A DNA stretch of 64,000 nt from Lophium mytilinum (GCA_010093605.1 MU004189.1:1805834-1869833), one strand, 5' to 3'; counted from the first letter of the stretch, positions 1-12,201 are shown. The notes: a model not told the origin generated them from the letters alone. Program-made: numbers and translations.

Positions 1-1395
1 CCGCCAGTCGCCCACCTCCTCCATCAGCTCGCTCGAGACCTCTTTCAACCCCAAGGACACACTCCGCTCGCTGCGGTCACATCGGTGGTCCATCTATGAC
101 GCCCAGTACCTCTTCCTGGCCCTCATCGCCATATTCGCCCTCTCCGTCATGGAGACCCCTGGCCCGTTTGCAAAGACTTTCACCGCAGCCCTGCTAATGG
201 CCGGAGCCCTGATGCCAATAACCCGCCAGTTCCTGCTACCATTTCTGCCTGCCCTGACGTGGCTGCTGTTCTTCGCCTGCTGCAAGTGAGTTTCCCTCTT
301 TTTCGTACTGCGCCACACCAACTTTTGGGGGCGATTTTGAAAGTGTCACGGATCTGCGACGATACGCGGCCGCACAGCCCACGGCGAACTGCACACCAGA
401 AATGAACCTGGCGCAGCTGGCTAACATTTATGAACAGATTCATCTCAGCCGACTACAGACCTCCAATCTGGGTCCGCGTCCTCCCAGCCCTCGAGAACAT
501 CCTCTACGGCGCCAACCTCAGCAACATACTCTCCGCCCACAAGAGTGTAGTGCTGGACATTTTGGCGTGGCTTCCATACGGGATTGCTCATTACGGCTCC
601 CCGGTGGTTGTCTGCGGCGCTCTCTTTATCTGGGGACCCCCGGGAACCATGCCCACGTTCGCCAGAGCGTTCGGTTACATGAACATCGCCGGTGTGATGA
701 TTCAGCTGGTTTTCCCCTGCTCGCCGCCATGGTACGAGAACATGTACGGCCTTGCTCCCGCAAACTACTCCATGTCTGGCGATGCTGCCGGGTTGAAGGC
801 CATTGACAAGCTTTTTGGGATTGATCTGTACACCTCGGGTTTCCATGCGTCGCCTATGGTGTTCGGAGCTTTCCCTTCGCTGCATTCCGGCTGGGCAACA
901 CTGGAGACTCTGTTTATGGGTCACGTTTTCCCTCGAATGCTGCCAATCTACATTTGCTACACTATGTGGCTGTGGTGGGCAACTATGTATTTGTCTCATC
1001 ACTATGCCGTCGATTTAGTGGCAGGCAGTCTACGTAAGTTTTTGCACCCCAAATTCGATACTCACAAGCTAATTAATTCAGTCGCTGGAATTGCATTTTT
1101 CTTCGCCCGTGCCAAATTCCTTCCCCGCGTACAAATGGACAAGACTTTCCGCTGGGATTACGACTACGTCGAGATCGGGGAGCCAGCGGACGACTTCTCC
1201 CACGGCATGTTCGACATCTACGAGGAATTCCACCCCCAATCAGACAGTGATGAATGGACAGTCGGGTCTTCGTCGTCTTACTCGTCTGGTGGCAGGAGTC
1301 CTTCAACCGGTTCTAGGAGTCCAATCGACGAACACCACTCTCTATGGGAAGGAGATACGCTCGCCTCACACTCCGACCACGAGCAAGTCCGGTAG
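1..1395 (+). CDS. AUR1: Inositol phosphorylceramide synthase (Aur1/AurA, PAP2-like), 5' end outside window; exons <1..285, 438..1033, 1082..1395
   Basis: Motifs PCSPPWYE, FGAFPSLH, WWATMYLSHHYAVDL are characteristic of Aur1. Introns GTGAG 286..437 CAG and GTAAGT 1034..1081 CAG restore the frame. Confidence 0.95.
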
Positions 1396-2808
1396 CACGC
1401 GCCATCACCTCCTTGCAACACTTTGGATATAAATCACAACCCCTCATCAACAATTTCGCCATACAACCACCCTGATCATCCTCACCCGGTCACGCTCTTA
1501 ACGATTCATGCATCAACGGAGTTCATTTGAGCATTTCCCAGCGACCATTTGAGATCCCACTTCACTTCAAACTATTTTTCACGCCAATTACTTTGGGCCA
1601 TAGACGGAGCGTTGTGTTCGCGCGCGCCGCTGGAACTGGCGTCGAGCAGCATTACCCTGGCTGGCACCCCTCCATCAAGCCACCTTATCCGCCCACCTCG
1701 TCTACCTCTATCCTCCGCGAGCACCTCTACCCCCATCGTAACCACCTTTTTTACTCGGCAAGAGCCTCACCCCTATGGATCTTCCCGCCAGTGGCCTGCC
1801 TTACCTTCGTCATCTTCACTTCTTCTTCGACCCGGCCTGTCCTTTGACGGGCGTAACAGGGTATATAACCACGCTTTTGTAATCATTTTGATTTTATTTG
1901 AGAGGGCTCTGAGCCAGCGGAAGCTTGAAACGCTCGCCCGTTCATACTATCCCCGACAACACCTTTGATACCCCGGATCCAGTCGCTTCCTGTACCATTA
2001 TGTGTATATCCGCATCAACATTCGCTGTCCGATACAATTTAAAAGTTTCACGCTCGCTAGACTTCATTGGGAGGTGGGAGGGGGAAAGGGAGTTTTTGAA
2101 GGGAATCCTATGAGAGGTTTTCTGCTGCATTTTTGGGATTTGGGGGGTGGTGGGATTTGGGGGGTGGGATGGGTGGGGATTGGATTTGGGACGGCATGGG
2201 GATGGGCCTCCGAGGATGGAGGGTTGGGTAATCTATTACTATAATAACTAATGCGACGGTTTCCCGTGGTGGAATCTCTCGATACTTGAGGATTTTGACA
2301 TGTGACTGTGACTGTGTGATGGCGGTACCTAGCAATTTGCTCGACAAAGGACCTCTCTCCATACCTCCAGCGTACGCAGTCAGGAAACCCTCGGCCCGCA
2401 GCCCCACCCTGCCCCTCACCACCTGGGCACCACCAACACACCCCCCTCTCCCGAAGCTGCAAGCCACCCACCGCATACTTATCACCAATCCCGCAGACAT
2501 CCGGCCACCCATCTTCCCATCACGCACCCCGCATTGCGATTCCCGTAATTGCCGCTCGAGGTGCTAGTGAACCCTCCTCATTGCACTATTTGTCTGGTGG
2601 TTTGTTTGTGGGTATTTGTCTTACTCTTGAAGAGGGGGAAAGGAGTGGACTTGGCATGGTGTTGAATAGATCGTGTCACGTGATATGGATAGGACACGTT
2701 GATTACGGATTGATAGTGTATCTTGGAGTAAATGAAACGTTCGAGTAATTGATTGGAGTGGGTATCGTGTGTAAAACAGTGACGTCTTGATAAAGACGCG
2801 GTTGTATT

Positions 2809-3986
2809 CTAGGTGCGTTCAGATATGACTGTGCTGATGTACCCGTGTCGTCTATGAGCTTCTGCAATTGATGAGCAGCCGAGATTGAAGGCTTCTTGTC
2901 GCTGTTTGGGCAGGATGAAGCGAGGTACTGTGATACGAGGTTAGTCTTAACAAAGTCAGGAGGATAGAAGATGGGCTCTGAGGAATATAAGAGCAGAAAA
3001 GGGGTCCAACTCACACTCCAACCACCCATGAAAACACCCCTCAAACACCCTCGCCTCAACCCTCCTCTTCCACCTCCTCCCCCTCCCTCCCCATCAACTC
3101 CTCCCCGCCCTATCCCATCGTTCCCCTCCAACTCCAACTCCCTCACCGCCCCCAACTCCCTCCTAACCCTCTCCACAAACCCCAACTGCTCCACCACCAA
3201 CACATCTATGCTCGGCACCACCAACAACAAATCCCTCGGCAACTCCCCTACTTCCATCAACACAGGACTCAGCCTCGGATTCCGGCCCTCCCCCTCCCTT
3301 ACCGGCCCCGCGTACGCATCAAACAGCGGCATCGCCCACCCCAGCGGATCCCACCACCCATACATCCCCTCGCTCTTCTCCTTCTCCCACGGCGGCACGC
3401 GCAAGTCCACCGGCGCGTAGTACCCGACCACCGCCTTCGCTTTGCCCCCACGGAGAGCAGGCGCCGCGCACGCCGCGAGCGCGAGGTTGGCGCCCGCGCT
3501 CTGCCCGCTGAGCGTGAAGAGGGCCGTATCGACGCTTACCCCGTGGGTAGCGCGGAGGTAGGTGGAGAAGGCGGGGGAGAGGAGGTAGGTGACTGCGTCG
3601 TCGACGTCGTCGATGGCGGCGGGGAAGGGGTGGCGGGGGGCGAGGCGGTAGGTGGCGGAGACGGCGATGGTGGAGGTGGTGGTGCTGAGGTGGGTGCAGA
3701 AGGGGGCAGTGGTGGAGGGGAGGCCGGATATGAAGGCGCTTGGGTGGAGGCATGAGGTAGTGGACTGGTTAGATGGAGGGCGGAAGAGGAGGGCGCGGAG
3801 GGGGCCGTGGCGGGTTGGGATGGTGATGGTGTGGTGTTTGCGGGAGAGGAGGAGGGGTGGGAGGGTTAGGGCTTCGGCGAGGAGGGTGATGGGTTGGATG
3901 AGGAAGAGGCGCCAGCGTTGGTGGAAGGGAAGGGTGGAGAAGACGGAGTCGTATAGGGGCTGGAAGAGGGCTGCGAGGACGGACAT
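2809..3986 (-). pseudogene. Alpha/beta hydrolase (GDXG/HSL-like esterase), apparently frameshifted and lacking the HGG motif
   Basis: YRLAPRHPFPAAIDD, nucleophile GQSAG and D(VL) are present. The catalytic-His segment RVFEGCFHGWLE lies in another frame (~3060-3015). Intron 3014..2928 then gives LPRFILPKQRQEAF..., stop at 2811-2809. Confidence 0.7.
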
Positions 3987-4667
3987 TCTGGTTGTGCACA
4001 GGGGAGAAGAGAATAAGAAACTGACAGAGATGAAATGAATCGAGATGATCTTATTGATTGATGGGAGTCAGAGAAAACGAAATTGCGGGGTTGAAGACGG
4101 CCGCGAGTGGTTTTTCTTAGCCCTGTCGAGCAGAGCCGATTTTAGAATTTCCAATACTAGTACCAGATTTAGGGAAAAGGAATGCTTTTTTATGCAGATT
4201 GTGTTGAGAAGGGGTGCGAAGTGAGGTTAGAGTAGATCACTTTAGCGTCTGCCCAAAAAAAGCATAGTGCCTGGTACGAGGCTTCCTCCAGGTTCAACCC
4301 TGAGCAATAATATGGTCAACGTTATTGTCCATCTCCAAGACTGTGACTTATTCTATTAGGCAAGCCTCCAGTGGACTAATGCGTTTCTAAGATCCAGCCG
4401 TAGATCTTGTAGAGACGCCAACAATCTTCTCCCTCCTAGAGCGGCAGGCCCTTAGATCAGGCATCACCCCATCACCCAACAACGAAGGCCTTAAGCAAAT
4501 CCACAGCAACTTTTCTCCTATTCCCGAACATCTGGTGCTCTGCAAGTCAGGAGTTGAAGCGCTATAAGCTAGCTTTTTCAGCGTTGAGCCGCAAAGTTAG
4601 AGACTAGAATTCTTTCAGCAACTAGACCTCGAAATCACAAGCATAGAAAACACGTACCAGCTAGGCT

Positions 4668-5078
4668 CTACTGATGGCAATTGAAGCCACTCCTGACAAA
4701 CGCGCACCTCCGGCCAAACTCCGCCTGACAATCCCCCTGGTATCCCGACTTCCCAAAGCCCATTCCTCCATACTTAAACTCCATCTTAATCTTCGAGCTG
4801 TCGGTGGACCCCGTATGCTTTGTGACTACAGCCGTATACGGGATTCCACCAGCGCCGATGGCATCGCCGTTGTTGGGACTGTACTTGTGTCCAACAAGGT
4901 TGCAATTGTTGTCGTATATACCGAAGACGCAGTCAACGTAGAAGGTGTCGGCGCGCTGGTTGCATTTGTAGACGCCCTGACAGTAGCCTGCGCATTGGCT
5001 TTGGCACAGTGGTTCGGCGTTGGTGATGCCTGCTGAGGCGAGGAGGGTCGAGAGGAGGGAGAGTGTGAAGAGCTTCAT
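4668..5078 (-). CDS. Small secreted cysteine-rich protein (effector candidate), 136 aa
   Basis: Hydrophobic signal peptide MKLFTLSLLSTLLASAGITNA, 9 Cys, single exon, TATATATAA about 120 nt upstream. Confidence 0.85.
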   Translation of the reverse strand: MKLFTLSLLSTLLASAGITNAEPLCQSQCAGYCQGVYKCNQRADTFYVDCVFGIYDNNCNLVGHKYSPNNGDAIGAGGIPYTAVVTKHTGSTDSSKIKMEFKYGGMGFGKSGYQGDCQAEFGRRCAFVRSGFNCHQ

Positions 5079-5194
5079 GGTAGTGAAATGGGATGGATGT
5101 TTAGGAACGAAAATCGATATTGAGGAGGGACTGATAGAGAATATTTCTGGAAGCAGGTTGATGATAGAGAAATATCTACGGGACGTTCTTCGCC

Positions 5195-5204
5195 ATTATA
5201 TATA
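5195..5204 (-). promoter_or_regulatory. Putative TATA box of the secreted-protein gene
   Basis: TATATATAA on the minus strand about 120 nt upstream of ATG 5078. Confidence 0.5.
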
Positions 5205-6329
5205 CAGTTTGCTTCGTGAATACAGCTCGAGACTAAGCACCATCGTTCAATAATTGGAAGACCATTACTAGGATAGCGCATGTAACAAGCCCTTCTGGTA
5301 CATGGCAATCCAATGATTACATCACACTCAAGCCATAACTAAAGCCACGAGAATAGCTTTCTGTGAAGTTGGTAGGGTGTACGCACATACAGACGGTAAG
5401 AGAGAGCGTGCGTACGGACGGAGGGCGATAATTGAAGGAGAGACTTACGGACGTACCGTGAAATTTGGAATCTCTCAGGTAGTACTAGCAGGGTACGAGT
5501 TCAGCTTCGCTGATCTTTGTACACGCACCGTGGACTCTGAACTCTGTGCGCAGCTTGGCTCTCAATTCTTCAAGCAAGGGTCCACTGCCTTCCTGCATCG
5601 CGATACACGGTCAAATCAAACTTCTTACAGATCTCTCAGATGTCTGGGAATCTGTTATTGCAACAGCTAAGTCGAAACAATGGCGAGGCGATAGGCTCAA
5701 TCTGATGGAGGAACGTTGGGTGAGGAGCGAGGAAGGGATTCGGCATGGCCTGTGCTCTGCTTTCTGTGACGCGTGCTGGGAACGTCTTCTCATCCATCAT
5801 CCTGTGCCATTTTCCATCGCAAGCCATCTCCAAATGATAGCAAGAACGCCGTTTTCATCTTCGTCCATACTGCTTCGATATTGTGTGACGATAGGATGAT
5901 GGACGGGCCTGCTATGTGTCGGGCCATCTGGGAGGTGTGAAGCAATTGCACTTTCCCGTGAGCATTATAAGTGAAAGAGCCTATCAAGAATACAACTGTT
6001 CCATTCTTGGTTGAGATATTTGACCGCAGGTGAGTTGAAAGCGCGTTCGTTGAATCGCTAGGCGGTGAGCTGGAAGCCTTAATCCTGCTCGTCACGCCGA
6101 ATCTAAGCTGCCTTCATGTCGTCAAGAAATCATCAAAGAGCATAGCAATTACGACTGCGCTGCCTTGAAGTCGGCATCTCCCTACCGGTTGCATAGATAC
6201 GTAGTCTGCGGAGTTTCCGCTTGACTGCACTAAAGGACTCCCCAACCCAAACACATCAACCCGAGCTACTGGAGTCTCTTACTTACATCAGCTCTTCACT
6301 CCACCCAAATTTCGTATCTATTTAGCAAG

Positions 6330-6755
6330 GTAGCTGCATGCTCCATAGCTTTTCAGGCCGACGGCTCAAGTATATATTCAGCCGCAGCTCCAGCTCGAAC
6401 TCCCTCCGTCACCTCTACACCACACTTCCATCCTCCTCAACTCCTCCACTTCTTCCTGCTATTGCGTCAAGACTTCATTCGTATCTGGCTGGGTAGCCGC
6501 CTGCTCCGTAGCTCTTCCGGTCGACGACTCAAGTATATCTTTGACAGCAGCTTCAACTTCCTCCATCGCCTTTACACCACACATCCAATCTCCTCAACTC
6601 TTCCTCTTCTTTCTGCTTTCTGGCTATAGCCCTGGTCCTTCCTGACGGGGCAGTTGTATTCTCCATATCTCTTCCCCTTTAAGGCTGGAGTATATCTTCT
6701 ACTTCACCTCCGCCCTCTTCACCCTCACCACAGATTCAATTTCTTCCACTACTTT
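6330..6755. repeat. Degenerate tandem triplication, unit ~160 bp
   Basis: Copies begin near 6330, 6493 and 6650 and share g(t/c)ag..g...ctcc.ta.ct...agtatat...caccaca...tc.tc.act blocks. Confidence 0.8.
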
Positions 6756-6838
6756 TCTCACTTTCCACCGAGCTCCTTCGTAGTGGCTCCGCTTTTCTAG
6801 AAGCTGTGTGGCCCAGCTTTTGCCCACGTAGCAGTGAC

Positions 6839-9283
6839 ATGTCGTCGTGGCTCGCTCCTTGGACCGTCAACTCACGCAATAACAGACGGACTGTCCGCCC
6901 GAAGATTGGTAAGTCTTTCTACTATAGCACCATTCAACTACTTCAATGGAGGTTTCCTTGTACACATCTAACCCATTCATAGACCTTCAAGCGTCTCCAC
7001 CCGCGACACAGCAGCTCTCGCCCTATCTAGCTGCGGATATGGCGCGCTCAAAAACAGTAGTGCAGGTCAACGTTTCCGTGGGAGAGATGGGCAGGACGTC
7101 TTGGAAGAGATCTGCTGATGCCATGGATGATTCCGAGGCTCCTCAAAAACTTCCGAGGAGAGCACGCCCACCTGCCGGTGCAATGCGAGACCTGGACCCG
7201 GATGACTGCGAACATTCTCAGCAATCCGAATCCGATTATGAAAGCCCTATCAATCATCGCGAACGCCGACAGCAAAAGAAATCTTCGGAACCTGAAGTTG
7301 TGATACCTCAGGGATTATCTTTGAGCGTTGGAGCTCAACATGGCGCTCATCAACAGACTAAGGAATTCAAAAATATGTCAGCTAGCGTAAAAGCTAAGTC
7401 TCTTGACACTCCCAAGGTTTGTCTCCAAGTTCTCATTTGATATGAATCTACACTAATGCTTGCTTTGAGTTCCCAAAGACTGCTATGAGTCTGACAGTTC
7501 TAGCATCCATCGTTTCGAAGCGACAGGCTTCAAGGCGTCCTCTGTCCAAATCTCACGCCCCGAATGTTTCTGCTTCAGAACAGAAGACCGGTGCTCGACA
7601 GAGTCAGAAGACTGGAGTTCGACTAGGCAAAAAGAAGGACTTGAACGCCGTCGCTACAGCGAATGCTCCCAGATCTAGCCCCCCGGCTAAAACTCCGCGC
7701 TCTAACCAGAATAAGCGCGCAAAGGTTGAGCAGGTTTGTCTCGTCATTCTCGCCTCCATTTGATACCTGCTGATGAATTAATTTAGTCTCACGATCCTAT
7801 CGAACTTCCAACGGCTTCAGCGACTACTGGTCCTTTCAAGCTAATGGAATTGCCGACTGAGATACGCTTGATGATATACGACTACCTTGTCCCTGACAAG
7901 CTAGTGCCATGTCCTCGGACTTCAAATGCTAGAACACGAAGGCACTCTGAGTACAAATCTCTTCGACACGATGACGATAATTGTTTTCCTGCATTACTTC
8001 GAAGCTCGCAATTCGTCAATGCAGAGTTTTCGTACGTATTCTTTGGATCGGCAATCTTCCAGATGAAGGTCCAGTGGCACGCCGTTACTTTCCTCCAACA
8101 GCAATACACCGAACTCTCACTTCCATCGACACTGGCCCACGTGAAACATCTTCACATTTCCGTGGAGTTGACCATGGCGTTAGTGGGGGCGTACTCAGGC
8201 GGATCGAAGCCGGCTAACGAAGCTGAGAATTCGAAACAACAGTCATTCTTGCGAATGAGAAGTAATCTACAGGCTATCGGCAAAGTTCTGGCGGATGCTA
8301 AATCAATCCAAAGTCTTGGCATCACCATTATTGATCGGAAACTGCGCGATGACGACGTCTTGAAGAAATCGCTTCCAGCCATTCTCGAGCCTTTCCAAGG
8401 TCTCGTAAGACGCCAGAATTTCGGCATTTGGTTTGAAGGCGACTACCGACGTTTCCAAGATCATCTCAGCCCTAGCATGAAGGTCGAATCGCATCCGCTG
8501 TTCACAGCAGTGGCAGAAGAGATCTGCCCTAACGCTGAACCAGAAGTTGGCCTGCAGTTGGATCTGAGAAGCGCAATTCGCCTTGTCAGAAAATGGATCC
8601 GGGGACTCGACCATGAAATTCCTCAGGCTAAGCGAATCGAGTTGTTCGAGCACGCGAACGAAGCAGTCCATGAGCAGAAACTGGATGATTTCAAACAAAC
8701 CATCAGTGACGCGCTCAACCTTTGTCACGCGTGGGTTCAGGCTGAGCACGTAAGTTAATCGAAGGCATAGAATGGACGCAGAAGCTAATTGTTGGCGTAG
8801 AAAAGGCTCAGTGGACAATTACCCCAGTTGTGGGCACAATCAGGCAGAGTGCTCACCATGGGTCATAACGGCACCCCTAAATATATTGGGGAACGAAACA
8901 AGGGCACGAAAAATACCAGGGAGACCAAAGAAAACTTGTTCCAGGTCCAAAATGCCGTCTTTGAATTGGAGAAGAGGGCTTTTGGTCATAAGATTGACTA
9001 CACTACCCAGACGAAAGAGACAGCAGTTATCAAGAAGATGTCCAAAGAGATTCTGGCCGAATTGAAGACTGTTAACGAGAGGCATCGACTGTTCCTGGCT
9101 CTCCACGATGATATCTGTGCGGAAATCATTGATGCCGAGAAGAGAGCAAAACACGCCATCAAGGCCAAGCGCGCCCGTAACGAAAAATTGGAACCAGTCC
9201 AAGCTCGACAGGCCAGCGGGTCCAGTGCAAACGTTGCATCTCAATCGATCTCCAAAGATTCTCAAAATTATTCCGGTTCCTAG
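6839..9283 (+). CDS. Five-exon orphan protein with a central F-box-like motif; exons 6839..6908, 6983..7416, ~7479..7733, 7787..8749, 8801..9283
   Basis: Four GT-AG introns join ORFs 6946, 7485, 7844 and 8828 in frame. PFKLMELPTEIRLMIYDYLV is an F-box-like signature. Confidence 0.75.
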
Positions 9284-10040
9284 TCGGATGTCGCCTCACT
9301 CGGACTCTTCCTAAATGGTAGCTGGCTCACACACTCCCCTACTTACCAAAAGTACTTTGCTGGTGTGCTTTGAGGTTGAATGATCAAGGCCTACCCACAT
9401 CACCTCTCCCAATTCTGGCCATTGACTGTCACCACATTGAGCACTCCTGAATTCCCATTGAGTTTCCCCCTGTTTTTCCTCCCTACAAGTTTCTGATTCA
9501 GTGCTCTCATTGCCACTTTTCGAACCACATACACCATTACTCCCTCAAAAGCTTTGATATTCTCTCATTTCTCCCTTCCGATCACATTTCTTTAGCTTTC
9601 ACACCCACTCCCGATATCTCCAGATAGTCTATTTCAATCTCATCCTGAAACCGCTGGCCTCGAATGTTGTGAGTGCTATACTTGTTATTACCTGAGGTGC
9701 TTCGATGTATATTCAAGAGCCTGTACTACATGTGATTTCTCTGAAGGCAAATCCATATGAACTTCCCAACGGTGAGCAAAGCGGGATTAAAAAGCGAGGC
9801 CAGCAGCGCCAAGCGCATTTCGGAGGCGTAGAGAAGACAAGTACAGGCTTTTAGATTCCCGATTCGAGGTATGTGTAGCCTTTGTTATGTAGTAGATGAC
9901 CGACTGCGCTAACGATTGCTCTTCGCACGTGGAATCGTAGCTTGATCCCGATTGATGGCTTGGCGAAGCTCCGCGACGGAACCTATTCTGGCACCTCCGA
10001 CCGAACGTCGCCCTACCTTCCCCCACCAAATTTCCCGTTC

Positions 10041-10310
10041 ATCAAGCGGCACTTCTTTACACGTATTGATACACATCAACTGGCCTTCAAGAAAAGCGGC
10101 TGCGCATTGGCCGTCTCGGTTTATATCAATCTACCTTCACGACGAGCCAACACGGATTGGGTGCCCGGATCCACGCCAATCTGCCTTCACGACGAGCGAT
10201 CTTGTATTGATCGTTTCTGTCTATATTAATCTGCCCTCAAGACGAGCGAACACGAATTGGGTGCTTCAATCCACGCCAAGCTATCTTTGAGACGAGCGGT
10301 CGCGTATCGG
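10041..10310. repeat. 50-bp minisatellite with alternating A/B units (100-bp higher-order repeat)
   Basis: GACGAGC at 10141, 10191, 10241 and 10291 (GAAAAGC at 10091). Unit 10141 resembles 10241; unit 10091 resembles 10191 and 10291. Confidence 0.9.
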
Positions 10311-10401
10311 AGCTCGTTGATCCGGTCCGGTTCTCTAGTAGCCTCAGTCGTCTTATCCAATGCTGACTTGCCTTCGCAGCCTAGACGTTTGAATCTCAAA
10401 A

Positions 10402-11561
10402 ATGGCTCAGTGGGGGCTGAACGACATGATGGCAATGGATACTAGCGAAGAGGTCAAGATGGAGGAGCTGGAAGAGCCGCATTGCATAGACTGCCATAGA
10501 ACCAAGAAAGAGCTTGCAGCTGCGAAACAACGTGCTAGGGACAACTGGGGCTACTTCGAAGCAAAGCGAGATGAGAGCGATCTCCTCAGGACTGCGCTCT
10601 CAACCGCTGGGGACACCATTGCCGATCTCAAGGCAAAACTTGTGACTGCGGAGGGCACGATCAAAAATCTTAACACTAGACCCATCATCGCAGAGAGCAA
10701 TAGCATCGAAGCCGTCGTCAAGGCTTTTAGCACGCAAATTACGGATCTTGCTACGAAGGCAAATGACGAGAAGAGGCGGGCAGACCGTGAGAAGGGTCTG
10801 GCGGATACTGCTTTAGCCAAAATAAAAGATCTGCTCAGCAGAATCGGGGTGCTTGATAGCGAGAGGCATCATGGGCGCGCCCAGCGTCCCCCCATGGGAT
10901 CGCTTCCTCAACACATCCAGCCAGTCTTCAAAGCGCCAGGTCACAGATCACAAAGCCAGAGTGGTGCCAGAGCAGTCCAGCTTTCCCCCATAGGGTCGAC
11001 TCCTCCGTACTATGACGAAGAGCCAGAACTCGAGCCACTTCAGGGCGACTCTCTACACGGAAACGCCCAGCGTCCTCTCGCGGGATCGTTTACTCAACGT
11101 CGACATGCAGGTTTTGGGGCCGAACGGCAAATTGCCAGTCCTTCATCATCTGCGCAAGCTCCTCCGACAAAAACTTCTTCACCGATATCTGAGGGCGACT
11201 ACCAATCGATCTGGTATAGGATTGAGGGATACGATGTGGGTGGGCCTGACTGGTGAAATCTCGACTAGCGCAGGACTGGCTGGGAAGGACGGGACTTTGA
11301 TGAGGATGAGAATGAATGTCTATCGAAAGCTTAGCGGGCAGCAGACGAAAAGGAAATCTGGGAAGTTGGGTGCAGCATGTCAAGCCTGTAGCAACAGCGG
11401 ACGTAGGCCATGCATGCCCAAGCGTCACGGTCGGCTTGTGGTGATGCCGTTGGCCGAGAAGCTAGGAGGTACGTGAAGGCGTGAACGAGGGCGAGCCGGG
11501 GTACTGGCTATGGAAGCCAATTCAACCTGAGGGCATAACCAGGAATAAGAGGTGGGGATAG
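10402..11561 (+). pseudogene. Coiled-coil/CxxC protein, paralog of the 12202 gene, with a disrupted C-terminal Cys domain
   Basis: ORF 10402..11256 has an N-terminus homologous to 12202. The C-terminal domain is split over three frames with in-frame stops (GWEGRDF..EC / AACQACSNSGRRPC..VMPL / GEPGYW). Confidence 0.6.
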
Positions 11562-12201
11562 GTCTCGAGAGGAGTGCAATGACGTGCTAAATATGCGGTG
11601 CCGGTGTGGCTGGGGCTTATAGTAGGTTGTGTGAACCTCCACTTCCCTACCCCCGACAGCATGAGACAACATCAAAATTGATGAAAGGCAATTCCCGCAA
11701 TATCATCAAGACGAGTGATATCCTTTGCCTTCAAGATACTTGTCATAGGTCTGTGTGCACTCTCTAGTCCACCACTAAGTCTGTTCCACACCACGAACAA
11801 ATTGAAGAAACATAAGCTCATCCTCTTGAATAGACTTTTCGCTCGCTCGGCTGCCTCGGAGGCCGCTTTCGCACCGTGGTAGCTGTTCCCCTGTGGTGAC
11901 GCAATCTGGTGTCGATTGCTCTTACACGCTCCACGCTCTCTCCACCCCTTCACTTCCTCCCACCGACCTCGCCATCAACAGCCACGCATCTCACTCCCGG
12001 TTCCACATCCTCGATTTGCCTTCAGACAAGCAGTGGCCGCTGGCAGTTATCGCTCCTCGAACCATCTCACTTCCCGCCGTGCGACACTGTATCGCTGTTC
12101 TGGCTCCCCTCGCAGCGATTCCGCTCTACTCCACTAGCTTAGAAGCGGTGGCATTCATGCTACTGCACGCCTAGTGGCCAAACCTGTCCCCACTAGGAAC
12201 G

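Noticed and set aside
2971..4038. Pro/Ser-rich and Gly/Arg-rich ORFs antisense to the hydrolase (likewise at cutC, RAD54, MPE1)
   Set aside because: Shadow ORFs caused by codon bias of the real genes.
10041..10310. CRISPR-like array (constant core plus ~30-nt spacers)
   Set aside because: Spacers alternate between two related types, cores are degenerate, there are no cas genes and the context is eukaryotic; it is a minisatellite.
9952..10435. Apparent inverted repeat suggested by peptides RSSATEPIL and RSAPTEPFL on opposite strands
   Set aside because: Little DNA-level identity; likely coincidence.
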